A stretch of 64,000 nucleotides of DNA from a virus (lineage: Duplodnaviria; Caudoviricetes). The notes beneath the pieces were generated by a model. The model was not told the DNA's origin and did no database searches. It was given only the letters and a program-made list of their open reading frames with translations. The stretch lies in IMG/VR virus record IMGVR_UViG_3300005611_000006; one strand, 5' to 3'. Both the position numbers and the translations under genes were made by a program. Below, in pieces: positions 28,238 to 37,000 of the stretch (positions are counted from its first letter, which is position 1; each line of letters starts with the position of its first letter).

Positions 28238-29541
28238 TGTCATCATATCTTAATTACAAAGTTCAAGAGTTTATAATTGAATCTTTAGATGAATCTCGTT
28301 CTATAGATGCAAGTGGGTGCATATCGGCAATAAAATATTATGAGGATTTATTTTCCCCATCAATATTCATTTCTATGATTCTTGTAAATACTGATGGTCT
28401 TTTGTCATCTCTTCCAATTCGTGGAGGGGAAAGAGTTAGATTAAAAATTGATCAAGAAGCGACAAAAAAATCAATTGATATTAGTCCTACAAAAAATTCA
28501 TATTATGTATATAAAGTATATGGATCTACTACACAATCTACTAGAGAAACTTTACTCGTAGAACTTGCTCCATCTGAATTGTTCATAAATGAAACTACAA
28601 GAGTTTTTAATCGTTATCCAGAAAGTGAAGGATCAGTAGAAAGTATTAGTGAATCTGTATCAAAAATACTAAATGATGTTCTTAAAACAACAAAACCTAA
28701 AGATATTGAATCATCAATGAATAGTTATTCATTTTTTGGAAATTCTAAAAAACCTTTTACTGTTTTGACTTGGCTATGTCCAAAAGCAATACCCCAGGTT
28801 GGAAAATCTTCAGGAATATCAGGAACTGCTGGATTCTTATTTTATGAAAATAAAAATGGATATAACTTTAAAAGTGTAGATTCTTTGATTAGTGGGTTAA
28901 AAGTAAACTCTGGAAACTCAAAAAAATATGAAAAATACTTTTATACTGAAAACGTTGGCGAACCAGCATCTAGTGATGAAAATTTTAAGGTCTTAACAAT
29001 TCCAACATTTGAGAAAAATGTAAACATTTTTGAAAATTTAAGGGTGGGTATGTATTCAAGTGTAAATTACTTTTACGATATTAATACTCGCGTTCCTTCT
29101 GTTTACAATTACAAACTTACAGAAAGTTACGATATTATGAAACATGCATCTAAAAGTACTGAAAGACCAAAAATACCAAATGGACTTGAGAATTCTCCTT
29201 CAAGATTGATGGTTAAGATGATTGATAACTATACTATGGATAAATTATCTCCATCAGGAGATTCAAAAGACTTAAAGGAGAAATATCAGTCACAATCAGT
29301 TGCAAGGTATAATCTTGCATTTAGTCAAACTTTAAACTTCACAGTTCCACTTAATATGAATCTTACAGTTGGAGATGTGATTGAGTTAAATATAGGTGAA
29401 GTTACAAAACAGAGAAAACAAAGGGACGATAAAAAGTCTGGTCTTTATCTAATAAAAGAACTTGCACATTCATTTGAAGGAAATCAAGGATACACTGGAC
29501 TTAAACTTATTCGAGATTCTTATGGAGCACAACAACAATGA
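28237..29541 (+). CDS. Baseplate hub protein (gp27-like)
   Basis: LPIRGGE, GFLFYEN..GYNFKS, SGLYLI..L.H; directly upstream of gp5. Confidence 0.6.
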   Translation: MSSYLNYKVQEFIIESLDESRSIDASGCISAIKYYEDLFSPSIFISMILVNTDGLLSSLPIRGGERVRLKIDQEATKKSIDISPTKNSYYVYKVYGSTTQSTRETLLVELAPSELFINETTRVFNRYPESEGSVESISESVSKILNDVLKTTKPKDIESSMNSYSFFGNSKKPFTVLTWLCPKAIPQVGKSSGISGTAGFLFYENKNGYNFKSVDSLISGLKVNSGNSKKYEKYFYTENVGEPASSDENFKVLTIPTFEKNVNIFENLRVGMYSSVNYFYDINTRVPSVYNYKLTESYDIMKHASKSTERPKIPNGLENSPSRLMVKMIDNYTMDKLSPSGDSKDLKEKYQSQSVARYNLAFSQTLNFTVPLNMNLTVGDVIELNIGEVTKQRKQRDDKKSGLYLIKELAHSFEGNQGYTGLKLIRDSYGAQQQ

Positions 29542-31628
29542 TGTTAGAACATACATTAGTTAATCCTAATTTTGCAGGAAGAGATGGATTTAAATGGTTT
29601 ATTGGGCAGATTGCTCCAACCATTTCAAATGTAAACGAAACTCCAGAAGCAAGAGGTGGTCTTCGATGTAAAGTTAGAATTCTTGGTTATCATCCCTCAG
29701 AATCTTTAATTCGTGATGAAAACCTTCCTTGGGCTCACGTTTTAGTCCCACCAAGTTTCGGTGCTGGTGAAGGTAACTATTCTGCTATGGGATCGATTCA
29801 GCCAGGAACTACTGTATTTGGATTCTTTTTAGATGGTGATGATGGTCAGCAACCAGTTATTGTTGGTGCATTTTATTCTGGATCTGATATTGAATCTGTT
29901 TTAACTTGGAATAAAATATTATCTCAAGGAACTTCTGAGTTTAAACCGTTTAGTCCAAGTCCTAAAAAAATTACACCACCATCGACAACTCCTGCAACTC
30001 CATCATCTACAAATCAAAGTCCAGATAGAGGTGCTCCAGAAAATAGTGGAAAGGTAATTGATAAGCAGAAAAATAATCAAGAAAGACAAGAAAAGAAAAC
30101 AGTTTTATCTGAACAAACAAAAGTTTCTGGAGTTATTATAGAACCAGTTTTAAAGTGTGAAACTTCTTCAGGAGTTTTATCTCATATTACAAATTTACTT
30201 AGAGAATTTATTAAGATTTCAAACTCTGTTAAGGATGCAATTAACTATTATGTAAATCCAGTATTAAATAAGATATCTAATATCACAAACGAAATACAGC
30301 AAATTGCAAATACGATTTCTGATTTGATTGTTTATCTTTTTAAAAAAGTTAGAGATAAAATTATTTCTATAATTTACAAACTATTAAAGGATTTTATAAA
30401 CAAGCTAATTCCAGCAAAAATTAGATCTATTAAAGAACTTGCTGTTGATAAAGCAGTTAAGCAAATATGGTGTATATTTGAAAAAGTTGCTAAAAAGGTT
30501 GGTAAGTTTATATTTGACTTTCTTTTCAATTTAATAGAAAATGTGGTAAGTTTTCCTGTATGTGCTGCAGAAGCATTTTTAGGATCTATTTTAGGATCAA
30601 TTGTAAATGAAGTTACTGATGAAATTCAAGAAACTTTATCTGATATTACATCATTTTTAAGTGGATCTGTCCCTACAGTTCTTTCTATCTTAGAACAAGT
30701 AATTAATGCATCTGCAAGTGCAGTTACTTTTTTATCTTGTGAAGATAATCAATGCACTCAACAATATGCTTACGAACTGAATAAAGGTTATATACCATCT
30801 CCTGGGATTGGGTTAAAGAATGTGTTTAATTATTCTGCTTCACAAGGAGCAAAAAACTTATCAGATGATGTTAAAACATCTATTGATCAATTCTTAGGAG
30901 ATATAAGTGAAACTGGAAACTGTGATGTTACAAATATCAATTGCATAATTCCAAAAGTTTCGTTTATTGGTGGTGGTGGTTTTGATGCCATTGGAGAATC
31001 TGTTGTTAATTCTTTAGGACAAATTATTGGAGTTAATATTTTGTCTGGAGGGTTTGGATATACTTCTGCACCATTTGTTTCGTTTAACGATCCTTGTGAA
31101 TTAGGACGTGGAGTTCAAGCATATTCTGAAATTAATGATTCTGGAGAGGTTGAAAGAGTTGTTATCACAGAACCTGGAGTGGATTATCTAGGATCACAAT
31201 CTCAGTTGTCTGATCCTCAGTTAGTTGATGGTGAAAATATAACTCCTTGTGATGTTAATCCAGTTACTGAAAATGGATCGGAAGTTATTGGTTCAATATC
31301 TAAAGTTATTATTGTTGAACCTGGATTTGGATATGCAAATTCTGATTTAATTATAGATTCTTCTTGCAGAACTAATATTGATATGAACCCAGTTGTTGAT
31401 GATGAAGGAAGAATTATTTCCATTGATATTATAAATCCTGGAACATCAATTAAAGTATTTCCAAACCTTCAGATAAATAGTGAAAATGGTCAAGGAGCAG
31501 TTCTATTGCCGGTTCTTGACTTTAATACTAGGATATCAGATCCATCATCTAAGTCTGAATTTTCTTATGTTGAGACTGATTCCACTAAAGTTAAAAGTGT
31601 AAATTATTGTGCGGAGGATCATGAGTAA
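29538..31628 (+). CDS. gp5: Baseplate central spike protein, N-terminal OB domain (no T4-lysozyme domain seen)
   Basis: WFIGQI, RCKVRILGYH, LPWA, VFGFFLDG..QQPVI.G. Confidence 0.85.
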   Translation: MMLEHTLVNPNFAGRDGFKWFIGQIAPTISNVNETPEARGGLRCKVRILGYHPSESLIRDENLPWAHVLVPPSFGAGEGNYSAMGSIQPGTTVFGFFLDGDDGQQPVIVGAFYSGSDIESVLTWNKILSQGTSEFKPFSPSPKKITPPSTTPATPSSTNQSPDRGAPENSGKVIDKQKNNQERQEKKTVLSEQTKVSGVIIEPVLKCETSSGVLSHITNLLREFIKISNSVKDAINYYVNPVLNKISNITNEIQQIANTISDLIVYLFKKVRDKIISIIYKLLKDFINKLIPAKIRSIKELAVDKAVKQIWCIFEKVAKKVGKFIFDFLFNLIENVVSFPVCAAEAFLGSILGSIVNEVTDEIQETLSDITSFLSGSVPTVLSILEQVINASASAVTFLSCEDNQCTQQYAYELNKGYIPSPGIGLKNVFNYSASQGAKNLSDDVKTSIDQFLGDISETGNCDVTNINCIIPKVSFIGGGGFDAIGESVVNSLGQIIGVNILSGGFGYTSAPFVSFNDPCELGRGVQAYSEINDSGEVERVVITEPGVDYLGSQSQLSDPQLVDGENITPCDVNPVTENGSEVIGSISKVIIVEPGFGYANSDLIIDSSCRTNIDMNPVVDDEGRIISIDIINPGTSIKVFPNLQINSENGQGAVLLPVLDFNTRISDPSSKSEFSYVETDSTKVKSVNYCAEDHE

Positions 31629-32169
31629 AACAGGTTTTGTATTTAATGATCCAGAATTTGGAACAATTTATATTGGTGAAGATGATTCGGATCGAAAAAG
31701 ACAAATACAAATTAGTTCAGCATCCGGAGCAACTGTAAAGTTATTTGAGAATGGTGGATTTGAAATTCAAAGTCAAAAACCATCAAAGAAAGATGATTAT
31801 GCAGATCATATTGTAAGTCGTCAAAGTCAAGGACTTAAGATTATTTCTGAAAATGGTGGTGATATTGATATTCGCACTGAAGGTAAGTTTACAGTTAAAG
31901 CCAGTGAAATTGCACTTGAAGCAACAAATCAAAAAAGTGATTTGATTATAAAATCGAATTCAAATATTAGAATGGATGCTGGCGATACTTTAAAGATGAC
32001 TGGTGCAAATGTTGGAATTGGTGCAAGAAATAAAATGGTAATTCGTTCTACTGGAGGAATTTATCAGTCAGATACAACAATAATTTCAACAAGTGCATCA
32101 TTAATTCCAACAAGTCTAAACGATTTGTTTAATAAATTAGTAGAAAATTTACTTTTTGATATAGTATAA
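31621..32169 (+). CDS. gp5 C-terminal-like beta-helix spike protein
   Basis: Repeated short beta-strands; follows gp5; ATG 31621 preferred over GTG 31609. Confidence 0.55.
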   Translation: MSKTGFVFNDPEFGTIYIGEDDSDRKRQIQISSASGATVKLFENGGFEIQSQKPSKKDDYADHIVSRQSQGLKIISENGGDIDIRTEGKFTVKASEIALEATNQKSDLIIKSNSNIRMDAGDTLKMTGANVGIGARNKMVIRSTGGIYQSDTTIISTSASLIPTSLNDLFNKLVENLLFDIV

Positions 32170-32171
32170 AA

Positions 32172-32870
32172 ATGTCTTACATCGATCATTTAGAGTCTGG
32201 GAGCGTTCAGATTGGAGATGCTCCATTACCACCAGTATCATCTATTGATATATGGCCATCTTTAGATCCAACAAAACCTTTTTCTGCTCAAAACTGGGGA
32301 ATTTCAAATTTTGTTGGTGCTCACCATCAGATTGGAGTTCATCACGGAGTTGGATCACATCTTTTAAATGGACTTACATCTTTAATTGGATTCAAAACTG
32401 GAGTTGGTGGTCAAGTTAATGCAGAACCAAAACAGATTAGTGCTGCACCTACTATAAGTTTTTCTTCTCCAAATGGTAGTTTAAACGGATTTTGGACATA
32501 TAATGGTTCTAACATATGTGCCCCTTGTCCATCAGACAAAAGTGCGAAAGTTAATATTAAACCACTTGAAAGTTCATTAGAAAAAGTTTTAAGATTACAA
32601 GGTGTTTCTTTTGGTTGGAACTCTGAAGTAGTACCACAGAGAGCAAAATCTCAGGAAATCTCTATTGGTTTAATTGCACAAGAAGTTGAAAAGGTAATTC
32701 CAGAAGTTGTAGTTGAAGAATTAATAGAAGATAATAAATTAAAGACAATAGAATATGGAAACCTTATTGGTCTTTTAGTAGAGGCAATAAAGGAACAGCA
32801 AGATCAGATCTCAACACTAAAGGAGACAGTTGAGGAACTGTCCACTAAACTTGCAAAGCACCTCTCTTGA
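32172..32870 (+). CDS. Short trimeric spike-associated protein with a peptidase S74-like chaperone
   Basis: SDKSAKVNI..LQGVSFGW..GLIAQEVE..YGNL. Confidence 0.75.
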   Translation: MSYIDHLESGSVQIGDAPLPPVSSIDIWPSLDPTKPFSAQNWGISNFVGAHHQIGVHHGVGSHLLNGLTSLIGFKTGVGGQVNAEPKQISAAPTISFSSPNGSLNGFWTYNGSNICAPCPSDKSAKVNIKPLESSLEKVLRLQGVSFGWNSEVVPQRAKSQEISIGLIAQEVEKVIPEVVVEELIEDNKLKTIEYGNLIGLLVEAIKEQQDQISTLKETVEELSTKLAKHLS

Positions 32871-32879
32871 TGCTATGAT
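32825..32879 (+). promoter_or_regulatory. Palindromic operator-like box plus sigma70 promoter, embedded in a CDS end
   Basis: GACAGTT-N4-AACTGTC, then TTGCAA-17 bp-TATGAT. Confidence 0.65.
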
Positions 32880-32908
32880 GAGTAGGTGAAGAACCACTGA
32901 AATAAATT

Positions 32909-33079
32909 ATGCAAATTGATCGTGACCAACTGAAAGATCTTCAAGAAATTCAAGAAGATGTTGCTCAACATTTTACTGATTCTTATATTGTCAGTGGAGA
33001 AACCTATTGGACTTGTCTGCAATGCCTTGCAGAAACAAAACTTGCAGAACTCCGTGGAGAACTCACATATGATGCTTGA
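32909..33079 (+). CDS. Small hypothetical protein (56 aa)
   Basis: MQIDRDQLKDL..VSGETYWTC..; downstream of the promoter. Confidence 0.65.
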   Translation: MQIDRDQLKDLQEIQEDVAQHFTDSYIVSGETYWTCLQCLAETKLAELRGELTYDA

Positions 33080-33110
33080 CTTAAGATTAATCTTGTGATA
33101 TGATATCCTT

Positions 33111-33155
33111 ATCCGTGTGAAGGAAGTTACTTGGAGAATTAAAATTCTCCTTTTT
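33111..33155 (+). ncRNA. Candidate ~45-nt small RNA
   Basis: TTGACT(33076)-17 bp-TATGAT(33099) promoter, no ORF, GGAGAATT/AATTCTCC hairpin followed by a T run. Confidence 0.5.
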
Positions 33156-33157
33156 AT

Positions 33158-33242
33158 GCGAGTATGGCGGAATCGGTAGACGCACCAGACTTAAAATCTG
33201 TTGAGAATTAATCTCGTGGGAGTTCAAGTCTCCCTACTCGCA
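33158..33242 (+). tRNA. tRNA-Leu(UAA)
   Basis: Acceptor stem GCGAGTA/TACTCGC; anticodon loop CTTAAAA; long variable arm; GTTCAAG; no encoded CCA. Confidence 0.95.
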
Positions 33243-33244
33243 CT

Positions 33245-34003
33245 TTATAACCACTCATCATTTGCAGGATCATTAAGAAATGATAGAATAGTATCACTTT
33301 CTTGAATTGATGAATTTAATTCTGCTTTAGATTGTTCATATGAATAATTTTGAAGTTCATAATTAGATCTACTTTTCTTTAAGAAGTTAATAGTTGTAAT
33401 TAAATCATTTCTTTCATTTTGTATTGGTAAAATTTGATTTTGTAATTCTGTTATAGAATTTGCATAGCTTACACAAATAGGTCCAGTACAAGTAGCACTA
33501 TTACAAGTACCAACTGGTCCAAAGTAAGATCCTATAGAAACTTGTGAAATATAGTTTTCAGTACCTATACCAAGATTTCCTGATACAATTTCTCCTCCAG
33601 TTGGGGAAAACGGGTTATTTCCACTATAAGAATATCCTCTATAGTTTAATTGATCTCTGTTTACAGTAATTGTGGTAAATCCTGGTGGACTTCCTTCAAA
33701 AATTCCAGTTGTTCCACAACCAATTGAATTTGCGTTTTGCCCTAAAATTAAAATTCTATTTTGCAAATCTACAATTTCAGAATTTAATTCTAAAACTTTA
33801 CTATCTATTTTTTCTATTGATGAAGTATAATTTTCTATAATTTCATTTGGTCCCCATACTTTAATTTTTTCAGTTTCTCCAATTCCTGTTTGAATTGTAT
33901 ATCCTTGCTGTACAAAATTAATTTGATCTAATTGCTTTTTGTCTAAGGAATTTTTTTGAGTATAAAAATCAACTAAGTCTTGAGTTTGAGTGCTGATTGC
34001 CAT
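33245..34003 (-). CDS. Hypothetical (probably virion) protein
   Basis: 252-aa ORF; late-type ATAAATA upstream on the minus strand. Confidence 0.75.
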   Translation of the reverse strand: MAISTQTQDLVDFYTQKNSLDKKQLDQINFVQQGYTIQTGIGETEKIKVWGPNEIIENYTSSIEKIDSKVLELNSEIVDLQNRILILGQNANSIGCGTTGIFEGSPPGFTTITVNRDQLNYRGYSYSGNNPFSPTGGEIVSGNLGIGTENYISQVSIGSYFGPVGTCNSATCTGPICVSYANSITELQNQILPIQNERNDLITTINFLKKSRSNYELQNYSYEQSKAELNSSIQESDTILSFLNDPANDEWL

Positions 34004-34071
34004 AATTAAAATACTAATAAATTTATTTATTGATAAATAAGACAGAAGAAATATTGTAGGATAATCTAAGA

Positions 34072-37000
34072 ATGGCTTTAGCTAGATTAGAAAATTTTCT
34101 GAAAAATTTAAGTGGTACTGTTCTTTATGTAGATCCGGGACAGTTAGATTCAACTGATTCTATTGATAACAGAGGAAACTCTGCTTTAAGACCTTTTAAA
34201 ACTATTCAAAGAGCATTACTTGAAGCTGTTAGATTTTCCTATGTTTCTGGTGTAAATAACGATATATTTAACCAAACTACAATTTTGCTTTCTCCTGGAA
34301 ATCATTTTATTGATAACCGTCCAGGACATTATGTAGACGGATCAACAATTAAAACTTTTTCTGGATCTGTATCTTCAATTCCAGAACTTTCATTAGAAAC
34401 TAATTTTGATATTGATGATCCTCAAAATGTTTTATACACTTATAATAGTATAGAAGGTGGTGTTATAGTTCCTAGGGGAGTTTCAATTGTAGCAGAAGAT
34501 ATAAGAAAAACAAAAATTCGTCCTAAGTATGTTCCTAATCCAAATGATGATTTAATTGATAGGTCTGCAATTTTCAGACTTACTGGTGCTTGCTATATTT
34601 TTGGATTTAGTATTTTAGATGGAGATCCAAATGGAACAGTTTTTTCAAGTCCATCTTCATTAGCAAAAGTTGTACCAGCATATTCTCACCATAAATTAAC
34701 AGCTTTTGAATATGCTGATGGTAAAAATAAGCAGACTAAAGGTGGAGTAAATCTTGATAAAACTGATCTTGATATTTACTATTATAAAGTAAGTTTAGGG
34801 TATGGAAATGCTGCTGGATCTCCAATCATTGTTGATGGTTATGATAATCTTCAACCAAACCCAGAAGAAAATAAAATTGTAGGTGATTTAGGTCAAGGTT
34901 CTATTCAAATTTCTGATATTATTGCTGGAGATGGTGGATCTAATGGAACTAATGTAATTACAGTAACGACATCTGTTGATCATGGATTATCACCATTTGC
35001 TTCAATTTTAATATCTAATGTTGGAAGTGATGACCAACAAAGGGCAGAATATAATGGACCATTCACTGTTGCTCAAGTTATTAGTGATACCGAATTTACT
35101 TATCGAGTACCTTCCACACCTTTATCTTCTCTGAATCCAGATGTAGTTATTGGTGATGATGGAAGTTCTGTTAGTATAGTATCGGATACTGTATCATCAG
35201 CCTCTCCATATGTATTCAATTGCAGCTTGAGATCTGTTTTTGGAATGTGTGGACTTCATGCAGATGGATCTAAAGCTACAGGATTTAAGAGCATTGTAAC
35301 GGCTCAATTTACTGGAATTTCTTTGCAGAAAGATGATCGTGCTTTTGTTTTGTATGATGAGGATACTGGAACATATCAATATCAAGATGCATATGGAACT
35401 AGTAAATTTCTACATCAAGATTCCAGATCAACATATCGTCCAGAATGGGAAAATTTTCACGTAAAATCTTCAAATAATGCATTTATTCAATGTGTAAGTA
35501 TTTTCGCAATTGGATATGCAAAGCAATTTGTTTCTGAAAGTGGTGGAGATCAATCTATCACAAATTCTAATTCAAATTTTGGAGCAATTTCGTTATTTTC
35601 AAACGGATTTAGAGATTATTCTTTATCTAAAGATAACTGTGGATATATTACTCACATTATTCCACCAAAAGAAATTTCTTCAATAGAAGATCAAATAAGG
35701 TGTATTACAATCGACTCGTCTTTGACTAGTTCAGAAGCATCTTCAAATGGTAATACTAGAGTATACTTAAAAGATTATACTAGTTTACTAGATCCCCCAG
35801 ATAGTAAATTTAGAGGTTTTACTATCGGTGCTAAAGATTCTGATAAAATCTTTTATAATTCATCTGGAACTGAATATTCAGCTACAATTTCACCAAATTA
35901 TAAATTAGAATTTAATATTACTGATATTGATCCATTAACTGGTTATATTACCTTATTAGAACCTTTTGATATTGGAACTGAGACTGGTATTAGTACAAGT
36001 CAAAAAGTTAGGATAGTATCAAAAAATGGAATTATTCCGGATGGATTAGAATCAAATAAGGTTTATTTTATCAACAGTGATATAATACCATCTAATGTGA
36101 AGATTTCATCTAATCTATTAAACTCAAGTGGTGGACCTATCGTAGATATAAAAAATCAAAACGGTGCCAGTACTGGAAATTTAAAATTAGTAAGTAAAGT
36201 AAACGATAGATCTCCAAATGATGTTTCTTCTCCAATTAAGTGGGATGAAAGTAATAATCAATGGTATATTCAAATAGAATCTAATAGTCAATTTATATCT
36301 TCATTATCTCAAGATTTTATATTCTATTTAAAGAGAAATATTGATACTCGTTCAGAAGATGATAAGTCTTATCGAGCAAGAATAGTAATCCCTAAAGAAT
36401 TTGAAAACGCTTCTGAACCAACAACAGGATTTATTATTCAAAATACTTCTTCAGATCTTTTTGAAGAATATTCTACAGAAGCAACTCTTACATCATTAAG
36501 TCAATTTAGAAATAAGAATATAATTATAGATGCTTGGGAATCTTCAGGAACTGCACACGTAATTACAAAAAATCCACATAGATTAAGTTCTAATAATTTA
36601 GTTGAAATTTATAATCTTAAGAGTGATAATGAACCAAATCCAGTCGGACTTGGTTCAGGAACTGGATTTAATGGATCATTTAGAGTTTCTTCTGTAGAGA
36701 GTGAAACAGAATTTACATATTCTTTACCAAGCGGTGTAAATCCTGGAGGAATTAGTACTTATAGTTCTTCTTCTCAAACTTGGTTGGATGAAGGAAATTG
36801 TGATTCATCAACTTATAGAGTTCCACCATATACAATTGATTCTAATTCAAGAAATAATCTTCCATACTTTGTATGTAAAGAAGTATCCTCAGCATATCAA
36901 TGTTATAAAATTGATACTATTCAAGAATTTTCTCCAGGATCTTCAGATGGTGTATACTATGCAACTTTAAATGCTTTTAAAAATACTCCATCTGAATCTC

